Shown piece after piece: positions 35,389-45,604 of a stretch of DNA of 64,000 nt (positions are counted from its first letter, which is position 1; every line of letters begins with the position of its first letter). The notes beneath the pieces are model-generated. The model was given only the letters and a program-made list of their open reading frames with translations. It was not told the origin of the DNA and searched no databases. Origin of the DNA: Candidatus Micrarchaeota archaeon (GTDB lineage: Archaea; Micrarchaeota; Micrarchaeia; Anstonellales; Bilamarchaeaceae); the NCBI GenBank assembly GCA_014730115.1, contig WJIU01000024.1, positions 41,316 through 105,315 of the forward strand, in the 5' to 3' direction. A program made the position numbers and the translations under genes.

Positions 35389-36135
35389 TTACATGTTAAA
35401 CCTTAATCCGCCCTGGACATTGAAGACCCCAATCTCCAGGCTGCGGTCATCATGAATAAGCGTCATTTCAAATGCCCTAACGAAAAGGTCCATGGAGCCC
35501 ACATGCACGGTAACGCTTGCATCAGCTCCCAGGAACGGGGCAGGCCTCTCAAGCATCGGCAGGTTCGCAACCGGTACAATCCCCAGCATCAGCGATACCG
35601 GGCCAACATCCGAAGTAACGCTTACCGGTATGGGAACAAGCGGGCCGTCAGTAATCTGTGGGGCGGCGTGCAGCCCAAACCCGTGAGGCAGTTCAAGATG
35701 AAGGGAAACTCCCCCGCCATACTGGACTGCATAGTACTGTGAGCGGTAACCGAATGCGGTTGCACTGAAGGGCCCTGAGATAGGGACCGTCAGGTCAAGC
35801 TCAATCTCGTCCAGCTCTGCGCCGTTGGAATTCTCAACCCTGGTAAGGGCGCTGGCCTTTGCATCAATTGTGAGTGTTTCAGCCGGCTGGTAGTTCATGG
35901 CTATCTCTGCTCCCAGTACCGGAGTGGAAGCAATATCATACCCCCCTGCAGTAACTGCTGCAGAAATGGAAGGCCCTGCAGGCTGTGTCTCCGCGGGGGC
36001 AGGGGCCTGCTCGGCTGCCACCCTTGGTGTGCCCAGCAAAAGGCCTGCGGCAAGCACCGGGGATGCAGCCCATTTCTTCACTGCCCTGCCGGCCCTCTTC
36101 AATCTCCCCTGTTCAGCTTTTTTTCCAAATCTCAT
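35389..36135 (-). CDS. Secreted protein with outer-membrane beta-barrel-like pattern
   Basis: Long basic n-region signal peptide; about 12 amphipathic strands; C-terminal QGGLRFNM. Confidence 0.55.
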   Translation of the reverse strand: MRFGKKAEQGRLKRAGRAVKKWAASPVLAAGLLLGTPRVAAEQAPAPAETQPAGPSISAAVTAGGYDIASTPVLGAEIAMNYQPAETLTIDAKASALTRVENSNGAELDEIELDLTVPISGPFSATAFGYRSQYYAVQYGGGVSLHLELPHGFGLHAAPQITDGPLVPIPVSVTSDVGPVSLMLGIVPVANLPMLERPAPFLGADASVTVHVGSMDLFVRAFEMTLIHDDRSLEIGVFNVQGGLRFNM

Positions 36136-36281
36136 TGCTTCACCATATCAATATGACTAAAGATGTTCTACTGTGTATTTATTTACGCCCGAAGACAATA
36201 TAAATGTATGTCTGAAAATGGATAATTGTGTTCCAATAAGATACCGCTAATCTTTAAAGCATCAGGATGTCAGTGGAGATA

Positions 36282-37688
36282 ATGGCTGGAAGAAAAAGGA
36301 GCATCTGGCCCTTTGCTGCTGCCGCAGCAGTGCTGCTGGCCCTTGCAGCATATTATGTAGTCTGGTCGTCAGGGTATTTCGCAACCGAAACCTCCCTGGA
36401 AATCTTCCCGGAAACAGAAGATGGCGGCATTGAGATAGCAATACAGGCAGAAAACAAAGACGGCAGGGGCCTGCAGGGCGCCCTTGTCCATATCTATGCC
36501 GAAGACAGGCTTGTGGACTCCCTGTACACTGACACCAACGGCCGGGCATTAACAGAGACCGGTATCCTTCCCGGCTGGTACGGCTCGGGGGTTTCCTTCA
36601 GTGCGGAATACCGGGGAGATGAAAACCACCTTCCCTCATCAGCTGCTGCAACCGCAATCGTAATGGATTCCCCCTCTCTATCCATTGGCATTGCAAACAG
36701 CACCACTGTCGGCGAAAGGCTTTCTGCAAAGGTACGCCTGGAGGGAATAGAGGGGGCTGAGGTGTTTTTCCGGGGAATGCATAACAACACTGATGAGAAC
36801 GGAACCGCGCATTTTGCCCTGGCTTTCAATTCCACCGGTATGAAGCAGGTAAACGCCGAATTCCGGGGCAACCGGTATCTCCATCCTGCCAGGGCAACTG
36901 CCTGGCTGGAGGTGCTTCCGGAGACATGCAGCGACCAGACGGTGGTGGGGGAATGCTCGGGCTCCTGCCTGTGCACCCGGGACCAGGAGCTGGAATTCAA
37001 CTGCGCCGAATGCGGCTGCCCTTCCGGGCTCCTGTGCATTGAAAACGAATGCATAACAGAGGAGCAGAGGGTGCAGAAACTGATCAAAAGGCTGCAGGAG
37101 AGCGACGTATTCGTGGAAAGCGACCGCGGCAGCGGCTCAGGGGTAATCATTGAGGCCGGGGAGAACCAGAGCATCATACTCACCAACCGCCACGTGGTTG
37201 ACCCTGATTTCAGCAGCCAGTCCGCGCCAAACATCCAGATTTTCAACTCAGACAGGGAGGTTGCAAAGCCAAAGTCCATACTCCTGGCCCCGAACGGCAT
37301 TGACCTTGCATTAATATACATTGGCAAATACCTGGGCCCGGAGGCAGAAGCCGGCTACAACCAGAGCATTGAGAGGGGGGCAGGGGTGCTTGCAATCGGT
37401 TCCCCACTTGGAATACAGGACAGTGTGACCATGGGCATTGTCTCTAATTTCTATGATGCAGAAACAGAGGAAGGCTTTGAGTACCAGGCAATCCAGGTTG
37501 ATGCAGCAGTCAATCCCGGCAACAGCGGAGGCGGACTGTTCCTGTCAAGCAACGGAAAACTGGTCGCCATTACAACTTTCAAGCTGGTCATCAGCCAGGT
37601 GGAGCTGGCCGAAGGCCTTGGCTTTGCCATCCCGCTGAGCCTGGTAGATGATTACCCTATAGGAGAATGGACAGTCATAGCTCCCTGA
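36282..37688 (+). CDS. Membrane-anchored trypsin-like serine protease with Ig-like and Cys-rich domains
   Basis: GSGSG, TNRHV, DLAL, DAAVNPGNSGG; Big-like YRGDENHLPS and FRGNRYLHPA. Confidence 0.88.
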   Translation: MAGRKRSIWPFAAAAAVLLALAAYYVVWSSGYFATETSLEIFPETEDGGIEIAIQAENKDGRGLQGALVHIYAEDRLVDSLYTDTNGRALTETGILPGWYGSGVSFSAEYRGDENHLPSSAAATAIVMDSPSLSIGIANSTTVGERLSAKVRLEGIEGAEVFFRGMHNNTDENGTAHFALAFNSTGMKQVNAEFRGNRYLHPARATAWLEVLPETCSDQTVVGECSGSCLCTRDQELEFNCAECGCPSGLLCIENECITEEQRVQKLIKRLQESDVFVESDRGSGSGVIIEAGENQSIILTNRHVVDPDFSSQSAPNIQIFNSDREVAKPKSILLAPNGIDLALIYIGKYLGPEAEAGYNQSIERGAGVLAIGSPLGIQDSVTMGIVSNFYDAETEEGFEYQAIQVDAAVNPGNSGGGLFLSSNGKLVAITTFKLVISQVELAEGLGFAIPLSLVDDYPIGEWTVIAP

Positions 37689-37737
37689 TATTTTATAAAT
37701 ACGTGTTGACATTTCAAGATAAATTCTGGTGATTGCA

Positions 37738-39912
37738 ATGAAGATATTGATAACTTCAGCACTGCCTTATGTGAACAATATCCCCCATCTGGGAAACATC
37801 ATAGGCTGCGTGCTTTCCGCGGATGTGTTTGCAAGGTACTGCCGCTCCAGGGGTCATGAATGCATATACGTATGCGGAACTGATGAATATGGAACAGCAA
37901 CCGAGATAAAGGCAATGGAAGAGAACATCTCTCCGCAGGAAGTGTGTGACAAATATTATGATATTCACAAGGACATATACGAATGGTTTGATATTGACTT
38001 TGACATCTTTGGCAGGACCTCCACCGACAGGCACCGGGAGATAACCCAGGAAATCTTCCTTGACTTGCATGAAAACGGCTATATAAGCGAGGAAATGGTA
38101 GAGCAGTTCTACGACCAGGAAGCAGACCTGTTCCTGGCCGACCGCTATGTGGAGGGCACCTGCCCCTACTGCAATTACGAAGGAGCAAGGTCGGACCAGT
38201 GCGACAAATGCGGCAGGCTGCTCCACCACAGCGAGCTTAAAGACCCGGTAAGCAAGGTCAGCGGGACCAGGCCAGTGCTCAGGAAGACCAAGCACCTTTT
38301 CATTGACCTTCCCAAGATAGAGGGAAAACTCCGGGAGTGGATAGAAAAGGCTTCCCGGGAGGGATTCTGGTCCGAGAATTCAGTCAACATAGCAAAGTCC
38401 TGGCTGAAAGAAGGGCTTAGGAAAAGGGACATAACCAGGGACCTCAGATGGGGCATCCCAGTACCGGTGGACGGATACCGGGACAAGGTTTTTTACGTCT
38501 GGTTTGAAGCCCCGATAGGATATATATCAATTACCGCAAACCTTACCGAAAAATGGAAGGAATGGTGGATGAACCCGGACGAAATAAAGCTTTTCCAGTT
38601 CATGGGAAAGGACAACGTACCATTCCACACCGTGATGTTTCCTTCCACCCTCCTGGGCACAGGACAGCCATGGACTATGCTCCACCACATAAACACCACC
38701 GAGTATCTTAACTATGAAAGCGGCAAATTCTCAAAATCAAGGCATGTGGGTGTCTTTGGGGATGACGCAATGAAATCAGGCATACCCAGCGATGTCTGGA
38801 GGTATTATCTTCTGGTGAACCGTCCCGAGCATGCAGACACCAAATTCACCTGGGATGATTTTGCAGACAAAACCAACAACGAGCTTCTGGCCAATCTGGG
38901 CAACCTGGTAAACCGCACCCTGGTATTCATAGAAAAGTATTTCGGGGGAAAGATGCCTGCAGGTGAAATCCCGGAGGAAATGAAGGATTACGTTGGTTTA
39001 CAGGAGAAAAAGGTCCGGGAAATCACTTCCCATCTGGACAGAGTGGAGCTGAAAGACGCATTGCATGAAATCATGGCGTACTCCAAAAATGCCAACAAAT
39101 TCTTCCAGGACAACAAGCCCTGGGAACTGATAAAGAGCGACAAGGAAAAAGCAGGCGTAGTTCTTGGGATACTCACCAATCAGGTCAAGGACCTGGCCAT
39201 AATGACCGAACCTTACCTGCCTGAAACAAGTTCCAGAATCTTCCGGCAGCTTGCAACCGAGCCGGAAGGTTGGGAAAACCTGGGGAAACCGCTTCCTGAA
39301 GGCCACCGGATAGGTTCCCCTGAGCCCCTGTTCAGAAAGATTGAAGAGAAACAGCTGGACGAGTTCAGAAAGAAATTTGCAGGCGAACGGAAAGACGGTT
39401 TCAGGTTCTCCGACCTTGACCTGGAAGTCGGGGAAATCATAAGTGTGGAAAAGCACCCCGACGCTGACAAGCTGTTTATTGAAAAAATAAGGCTCGGAGA
39501 CGGGGAGAGGCAGATTGTGTCCGGGCTTGCCGGCCACTATTTCCCGGAAAACCTTGTAGGAAGAAAAGTTGTTATTGTAAAGAACCTTGCCGGGGCCAAG
39601 CTCCGCGGGGCTGAATCAGAAGGCATGCTGCTTGCCGCAGAGGGCAGAGAAAGAGAGCCGATGCACGACGGCAGCGCCGCGATGGAGAAGGACATGGTTG
39701 AAGTAATCTTTCCCACGGAAAGCAGGGTCGGCGACAAGGTTTTCCTGAAAGGAGAGAAGCCCAGCCCAAAAAAGACAGTCACATTCAAGGAGTTTGAAAC
39801 ACTGAAAATAGAGGTTCTGGACTACTACCTGTTTGCCGACGGAAAATCACTGGTAACGGAAAGTGGGGAAGAGCTGAAAATGAAGCATATAAAGAAAGGA
39901 AGGGTAACCTGA
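37738..39912 (+). CDS. metG: Methionyl-tRNA synthetase with C-terminal tRNA-binding domain
   Basis: TSALPYVNN, HLGN, GTDEYG, Zn knuckle, KFSKS, HPDADKL. Confidence 0.97.
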   Translation: MKILITSALPYVNNIPHLGNIIGCVLSADVFARYCRSRGHECIYVCGTDEYGTATEIKAMEENISPQEVCDKYYDIHKDIYEWFDIDFDIFGRTSTDRHREITQEIFLDLHENGYISEEMVEQFYDQEADLFLADRYVEGTCPYCNYEGARSDQCDKCGRLLHHSELKDPVSKVSGTRPVLRKTKHLFIDLPKIEGKLREWIEKASREGFWSENSVNIAKSWLKEGLRKRDITRDLRWGIPVPVDGYRDKVFYVWFEAPIGYISITANLTEKWKEWWMNPDEIKLFQFMGKDNVPFHTVMFPSTLLGTGQPWTMLHHINTTEYLNYESGKFSKSRHVGVFGDDAMKSGIPSDVWRYYLLVNRPEHADTKFTWDDFADKTNNELLANLGNLVNRTLVFIEKYFGGKMPAGEIPEEMKDYVGLQEKKVREITSHLDRVELKDALHEIMAYSKNANKFFQDNKPWELIKSDKEKAGVVLGILTNQVKDLAIMTEPYLPETSSRIFRQLATEPEGWENLGKPLPEGHRIGSPEPLFRKIEEKQLDEFRKKFAGERKDGFRFSDLDLEVGEIISVEKHPDADKLFIEKIRLGDGERQIVSGLAGHYFPENLVGRKVVIVKNLAGAKLRGAESEGMLLAAEGREREPMHDGSAAMEKDMVEVIFPTESRVGDKVFLKGEKPSPKKTVTFKEFETLKIEVLDYYLFADGKSLVTESGEELKMKHIKKGRVT

Positions 39913-40296
39913 TTATTTTACCAGAACGCCGTTCACCAAACCGTCCTGGCCAACCCGGTTGGTAACCCGGACCTTGCCGATGTCGGTTTCAAGAACAGCC
40001 CCCTTGGTTATTATGTTTCTTCTGACATAGTCGGGGTTGTGGCTTTCAACAACCTTCTGGATTTTTGCCTTCTTTGCCCCTTCCTCTGTCACCACGCTGG
40101 CAGTGGCTGCCTTTTTGAGCTTCAGGTCGGTTTTTCCGCCCCTGCTGCGGTCTTTCACCCGCTCATCCTCATCTGCAACCCTAGTGGCAGTGAAGGTGCC
40201 GCCCACATGGGCAAGCTTCTTGTCCCTGTACTTGCGCCGCCTTCCCCCGGTACCGGAGTTGACTTTCTTGGATTTCGGCCTGTGATATTGGTCCAT
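39913..40296 (-). CDS. rps8e: 30S ribosomal protein S8e
   Basis: TGGRR..RDKK, RSRGG, RRNIITKGA, RVGQDG. Confidence 0.95.
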   Translation of the reverse strand: MDQYHRPKSKKVNSGTGGRRRKYRDKKLAHVGGTFTATRVADEDERVKDRSRGGKTDLKLKKAATASVVTEEGAKKAKIQKVVESHNPDYVRRNIITKGAVLETDIGKVRVTNRVGQDGLVNGVLVK

Positions 40297-40353
40297 AGCA
40301 TAACCTCGTAAGTATTAGGAAAAGAAATATAACGACACGGCTTTTAAAATATT

Positions 40354-40734
40354 ATGATTATCGTGAAGGTCCTGGAAATCGGCCCCGGCCCCGCTGCAGC
40401 ACGGCTGCTGGGGGGCATCAGGGAGGAAAATGCAGTTGTCCTGAACCCGCATGCAGTGGGTTCCTGCGAGGAGCTGGAGCTGGCCAATTACCTTGCTGAA
40501 AAATCTTTTGAAAATGGCAGGAACATTGCAAATAAATTCAAGTATGAGTTCCTGCTCTGGCTTTCCGGAACAAGGGACATCAAAAATGCCATAAAGAAAA
40601 CCAAGCCGGAAAAAAACAGGCCTTTCCTGCTGGTGGCCTTTTCAGGAATGGAGGGCATTAAAGGCAGGAAACCGAATCTGAAAAAAGAGGCTGAGCCGCT
40701 GGCCCTGGAAAGGATTTCGCTTTCCAGGCTTTAG
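40354..40734 (+). CDS. cgi121: KEOPS subunit Cgi121
   Basis: A.KSFENGRNIA..EFLLWLSGTRDIKNAI; ALERISL. Confidence 0.85.
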   Translation: MIIVKVLEIGPGPAAARLLGGIREENAVVLNPHAVGSCEELELANYLAEKSFENGRNIANKFKYEFLLWLSGTRDIKNAIKKTKPEKNRPFLLVAFSGMEGIKGRKPNLKKEAEPLALERISLSRL

Positions 40735-42284
40735 AGCTCAAGCTGCTTTGCTATCATTTCCTTGTTCACCGGAAGCTCTATCCCCAGCACCTGGTGGATG
40801 AACGCAAACATGTCAATAATTTCGGAGCGGTCCCTGGTTATCTTGTCTGCCATCTGTTTGATGGTGAGGTCCCGGCCAATCAGCTCGTAGAGCATCAGGC
40901 CCTCTTTTCCATACCTCTTGTAAACTGCATACCCGTCATCCCCGTATTTCTTGTGCACGTCTGAGCGGGACAGCGCCTTCATGATTACCATCCCGTTCTG
41001 CATCATGAATTTCAGTATATCCATTACCTCGTAAAGCGGCATGTCCAGCTCCAGGGAAATGTCAATTACATCGCTCTGGCCATCCACCTCCCTAATCACT
41101 TTGCTGCCCTTGTCTCCAAGCTTGAACATCATCTTTGCTTTCAGCTGGACTGATTTCACAATGTCAAGCGGGGCCTTCACCGGAGCGGCCAGCGGAGAGG
41201 GAACTGCCCTTGCCTCCTCCAGGGACTCCTCGCTTTCAATCATGGGGGCGAATCCGCCCCTTGCCTTTTTCTTGGCAGAGGGCGGCGGACGGCGCGGGGG
41301 AGGCGGCCTCCTTCCCCTTCTCCTGGTGGTCGGGCCACCTGCAAAAGGTGGCGGGGGAGGCGGAGGGGGTGCGCGGCCCTTCCCTTTTGGATAATCAAGC
41401 TTTATTATTCCCTGCTCGTCCATGAAGTCAAGGATTTCCACGAGCTTGGCCTCGGTAAGGCCGGTTTCGCCCATAATCTCCTCTGCGGTTCTCTGTCCGT
41501 CTATAAGCGCGTAAACCTTCAGCCCAAGGTCTCCGTATTTGTCTGATATTATCTTTTCCACCGGGCTGAGCTCAGGCCCCTCCGGCGGAGGGGGGGGCGG
41601 TTTTCTTGCAACAGGCTCCAGGGGAGGCGGCTTCTTGAAAGAAGGCGGCTTCTTTTCTTCTGGTTTTTCCTTTTCGGGGGGCGGGGCTTCCTCTTCAGGG
41701 CCTTCCACCTCCTCAAATTCAATGGGCTCAAATTCCGGCTCTTCCCCAGGTTCTTCCTCCGGCTTTTCAGGTTCTTTTTCGGGCTTTTCCTCGGGCTCCT
41801 CGAACCCTTCTACCCCTATCGGCTCTATGGGCTCGAATTCAATCTCCTCCTCCAGGGGAGGCACTTCCTCTGCCTCTTCCTCGGGAAGCTCTTCTAGTGT
41901 AGGGATTTCCCTTTCTTCCTCAGGGAATGCCTCAGGCGGAGGCGGGGCGGGCTTCTTTTCAGGAAGGCCTTCGGGCTTTTCCGGGGCTTTCTTTTCCCCG
42001 GGTTCCTTTGGAGGCTTTTCCTCCTCGGGCTTTTTGGACACCGGAGTGAGCTCAACCATGCCGGCGTCCTGCATGTAATTGATTATCTCATCAAACATCT
42101 TGGATTCTGTTCCAAGGTCCTTTTTCAGCTCGGCAGTAGTCCTTTTGCCGGTAATCGCCCTGTATATCTGAAGCCCTATTTCCCCGTATTTCTTAATCAG
42201 AAGGTTCTGGTTTTTGAATCTCTGAAGAGGGCCCTTTTCGAGTTTTTTGATTTTATAGTCTGAACCCTTTGCCATTAGCACCAC
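40731..42284 (-). CDS. Protein with four repeated winged-helix-like domains and Pro/Glu-rich linkers
   Basis: Repeats starting KKYGEIG, DKYGDLG, FKLGDKG, KRYGKEG, each followed by I.G..T..E..G.I.L. Confidence 0.7.
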   Translation of the reverse strand: MVLMAKGSDYKIKKLEKGPLQRFKNQNLLIKKYGEIGLQIYRAITGKRTTAELKKDLGTESKMFDEIINYMQDAGMVELTPVSKKPEEEKPPKEPGEKKAPEKPEGLPEKKPAPPPPEAFPEEEREIPTLEELPEEEAEEVPPLEEEIEFEPIEPIGVEGFEEPEEKPEKEPEKPEEEPGEEPEFEPIEFEEVEGPEEEAPPPEKEKPEEKKPPSFKKPPPLEPVARKPPPPPPEGPELSPVEKIISDKYGDLGLKVYALIDGQRTAEEIMGETGLTEAKLVEILDFMDEQGIIKLDYPKGKGRAPPPPPPPPFAGGPTTRRRGRRPPPPRRPPPSAKKKARGGFAPMIESEESLEEARAVPSPLAAPVKAPLDIVKSVQLKAKMMFKLGDKGSKVIREVDGQSDVIDISLELDMPLYEVMDILKFMMQNGMVIMKALSRSDVHKKYGDDGYAVYKRYGKEGLMLYELIGRDLTIKQMADKITRDRSEIIDMFAFIHQVLGIELPVNKEMIAKQLEL

Positions 42285-42343
42285 ACTTAGCTAGGTAGAA
42301 TATCATCAAAATGTTTATTAAAATACGTAATTTATACTAGCGT

Positions 42344-44041
42344 ATGGAGTTCGACGAGCTACTCATCACCACAGGTGTTGATGCTCTGGTACGGCTTGTA
42401 AAGGAAAGGGAAAGAGTAGAGATAGAGGACGCTGCCGCAATCCTTAACATTCCTGTAAATACCCTTGAAGACTGGTCAAGAGTGCTGGAGGAGGAGGGCA
42501 TCCTCAGGATTGAATACCGGCTTACCCATATCTACTTGGTCTGGATCAAGCCAAGTGCAGTGGAAGTAAAGGAAGAAACAGAGTCATTCTACGAGGAAAA
42601 GAAAGACATACAGAAAGAGGTGCGGGAAATCAAGGAAAAGGTCCAGAAAGAGACCGAGGGCCTCCATGAACTCCATGAGTCATTTACCGGATTTTATGAC
42701 AAGGCATATTCAAGGATAGAGGAACTGGAAAAGACCGTTGCCCCTATTCCCGCCGCAAAAACGCTTTCCGAAGGAATGTATTCAGACTACCAGAAGGACC
42801 TGGAGAAGATGAGCGGTGAGCTTGCAGCCACAAAGAAAGGGATAACGAAAATCAGGTCCCAGATTGATGAGCTGGGAATAGAAAGGGAAACCAGCCCCAG
42901 CCAGGAAATCATTGAGCGCATGGAGAAAATGAAATCAGAAATGCAGGAGATGCAGCAAGAAATCCAGAGGCTGGAAAAAACTGCCAAAGGCAAGTATCCC
43001 AAGGATGTGAAGCTGCCTTCCACTTCTGAAATCAAAAAGAAATTTGAATCAGTGAAGAAAAACTTCCAGCAGCTGCGCTCCCGAAATGCAAAGCTGAGGG
43101 AGGGCATGCTGAGCCTTCAGGAAAGCTCCGAGATTCTGCACGATGTTGCAGAATCCATAATGGGACAGGAGGAAAAAATTGAAAACCTGAACAACGAGGT
43201 CAGGGAGCTGGCCGGTGAAACAGACAAGCTTTTCAAGAAGATGAAGGAAACGGACGAAAAGGCCAAGCGCAACGTGGAGATTGTGGAACGGCTGGGGGAC
43301 TCCGTAGACGTGGCAAAGAACATTCTGAAAAAATTCCCGAGCCAGAAGAAGGTGGTGCAGGAACTGGACCAGCTTAAGGCCCAGGAGCAGGAAGTGATGG
43401 CGCAGACAAAATCGCTTGAGAAAATCCTGGAGGCCGCCGGGGGAAAGCGGATATCCGCCAAGAAGTTTGAGGAGCTTTCCAAGAAGATGGACACCAAGTC
43501 AAAAAAGATGAGCCAGGACCTGGAAGCCCTGGAATCCGCGCTTAGGCATGAAAAATCCACATACCTCACATTCCAGAGAATCAAGGAAAAGATTGTGCCT
43601 TCGATAGAATCATACCAGAAAAAGCTTTCTGAAATGGAATCAAAGATAACCACAATCCGGCAGGAGGCTTCAAGCGAAAGAAAGAACCTGGAAAAGGATG
43701 CCAAGGAGCTTCAGCAAAAGCTGAAAGGCGGGCAGATGCAGGGCATCATGAAGGTTGCAGAGGAAATCAGGGAAAAGAAGAAAATGCTCGAAGAGATACG
43801 CTCCTCCCTCAACAGCCTTGTTTCTGCCTCGGAGAACCTGCACAAGAGGGTTACACTCCTTTCCCGGGAAGCCAGGCTGCTCCAGATAAGGGCCGGAGAG
43901 AAGACCGCCCCGCCGATTGCTCCGGAAAAGGAGGAGGAAATCAGGCACCAGCTGGAGCTGAGCAAGGAAGAGGAGGAGGAATTCCGCAGAAAGAGGGAGG
44001 AGCTCAAAAAGCTGATAAAGAGGCTCTGGGAAACCCAATAA
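42344..44041 (+). CDS. N-terminal wHTH plus long coiled-coil protein
   Basis: ITTGVD.L..LV..AA.L..LEDW..LEEEG; about 480 aa of heptads; no Walker motifs. Confidence 0.75.
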   Translation: MEFDELLITTGVDALVRLVKERERVEIEDAAAILNIPVNTLEDWSRVLEEEGILRIEYRLTHIYLVWIKPSAVEVKEETESFYEEKKDIQKEVREIKEKVQKETEGLHELHESFTGFYDKAYSRIEELEKTVAPIPAAKTLSEGMYSDYQKDLEKMSGELAATKKGITKIRSQIDELGIERETSPSQEIIERMEKMKSEMQEMQQEIQRLEKTAKGKYPKDVKLPSTSEIKKKFESVKKNFQQLRSRNAKLREGMLSLQESSEILHDVAESIMGQEEKIENLNNEVRELAGETDKLFKKMKETDEKAKRNVEIVERLGDSVDVAKNILKKFPSQKKVVQELDQLKAQEQEVMAQTKSLEKILEAAGGKRISAKKFEELSKKMDTKSKKMSQDLEALESALRHEKSTYLTFQRIKEKIVPSIESYQKKLSEMESKITTIRQEASSERKNLEKDAKELQQKLKGGQMQGIMKVAEEIREKKKMLEEIRSSLNSLVSASENLHKRVTLLSREARLLQIRAGEKTAPPIAPEKEEEIRHQLELSKEEEEEFRRKREELKKLIKRLWETQ

Positions 44042-44059
44042 TATTAATGGTGATACTGT

Positions 44060-45601
44060 ATGGCAAAAGGAAATGAAAAAGAGAAAGGCGTGAAGGAAAA
44101 GGTTCCTGCAAAGACATCCCTGCTTGCCGCTTACGCATTCAGCAGCGAAGGCCTGCCGGTCGAAGTCCGGATTTTCCGCAGGCCTGCCGATTTCGTGCCC
44201 AAATACGAGGTTACAATTCCGGGCATTGCAGAAGGAACCAAGCTGATGCTTGAAACAAAGCTGAAAGGAGAGCTGGTCACTGAAGTAAAGCTGGACATCA
44301 GCGAGATACTGGACCCCAAGAAATTCTCAGAAGTGAAATCAAAGTTCCTGGCAGCAGCCAGGAAAATCCTGGAGCGCAATTTTCCCTCGCTCCCCGACGA
44401 CAAGAAAGGCATTCTTGCCGTATACCTGCTGCAGAAGACTCTTGGGCTGGGAGAAATGGAGGCATTGCTTGCAGATGACAAGCTGGAAGAAGTCGTGGTC
44501 AACAACGCCCAGGAGCCGGTCTGGGTATATCACAAGAAATTCGGATGGTGCAAGACCAACCTTAAGCTGAAGAACGAGGGAATAGTCTATGATTACGCAT
44601 CCCTGATTGCAAGAAGGGTGGGCCGCCAGATAAATGTGCTCAACCCCACCCTTGATGCACACCTGCCCAGCGGGGACCGTGTCAACGCAACCCTTTTCCC
44701 GATTTCCGCCTTTGGAAACACCATAACCATCAGGAAATTCTCCAGAAATCCATGGACCATTACCAGGTTCATCAAGTCCAAGACAGTATCACCGGATGTT
44801 GCCGCCCTTATATGGCTCTGCATTCAGAACGAGCTTTCACTTCTGGTGAGCGGTGGAACCGGAAGCGGCAAGACATCTTTCCTCAATGCAATGGCCGCGC
44901 TAATTCCGGCCAACCAGAGAATAGTTACTATAGAAGACACCAGGGAGCTCACCCTTCCCTCATTCCTGCACTGGGTGCCCACCGTAGTAAGGGAGCCGAA
45001 CCCGGAGGGAAAGGGAGAGGTCACCATGCTGGACCTGATGATTAATGCCCTTAGGCAGAGGCCGGACCGGATTATCGTCGGTGAGATAAGAAGGCAGAGG
45101 GAGGCAGAGGTGATGTTCGAGGCCATGCACACCGGCCACAGCGTCTATGCAACCCTTCATGCCGATGATGCAGCGCAGACAATTTCCCGGCTTACCAATC
45201 CCCCGATTAATGTGCCGCATGAGATGCTTGATGCTCTCTCCGGCATTGTTGTAACGTTCCGGCACCGCAGGTTCAATATCCGGAGGGTGCTGGAGTTTGC
45301 GGAAATGACCCGAAAAGGCGAACCCAACGTATTGTACAGATGGGACGTAAAGAACGACAAGGTAAAGGGAACCGGGAAAATGTCCACCCTTGCCGATACC
45401 CTTTCCCTTTATGCCGGAATGACCCCCAAGGAGATAGACCAGGATGTAGATGAAAAAGTCAAGATACTGAACTGGATGGTCGATAAAGGCTATTACGAGG
45501 TGGACCAGGTGGGAAGGATAATCTCCAATTACTACCTGGACCCTGCGGCTGTGCTTTCCGCGGCCCAGAAGAACAAGGACTGGGATTTCAAGAAGGTGTG
45601 A
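44060..45601 (+). CDS. Type IV pilus/Tad assembly ATPase (CpaF/VirB11 family)
   Basis: TIRKF, GGTGSGKT, TIEDTREL, LRQRPDRIIVGEIR, TGH..TLHA. Confidence 0.95.
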   Translation: MAKGNEKEKGVKEKVPAKTSLLAAYAFSSEGLPVEVRIFRRPADFVPKYEVTIPGIAEGTKLMLETKLKGELVTEVKLDISEILDPKKFSEVKSKFLAAARKILERNFPSLPDDKKGILAVYLLQKTLGLGEMEALLADDKLEEVVVNNAQEPVWVYHKKFGWCKTNLKLKNEGIVYDYASLIARRVGRQINVLNPTLDAHLPSGDRVNATLFPISAFGNTITIRKFSRNPWTITRFIKSKTVSPDVAALIWLCIQNELSLLVSGGTGSGKTSFLNAMAALIPANQRIVTIEDTRELTLPSFLHWVPTVVREPNPEGKGEVTMLDLMINALRQRPDRIIVGEIRRQREAEVMFEAMHTGHSVYATLHADDAAQTISRLTNPPINVPHEMLDALSGIVVTFRHRRFNIRRVLEFAEMTRKGEPNVLYRWDVKNDKVKGTGKMSTLADTLSLYAGMTPKEIDQDVDEKVKILNWMVDKGYYEVDQVGRIISNYYLDPAAVLSAAQKNKDWDFKKV

Positions 45602-45604
45602 TAA

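Noticed and set aside
42344-44041. SMC/Rad50 ATPase
   Set aside because: Coiled coil only; no Walker A/B, signature motif, hinge or zinc hook.
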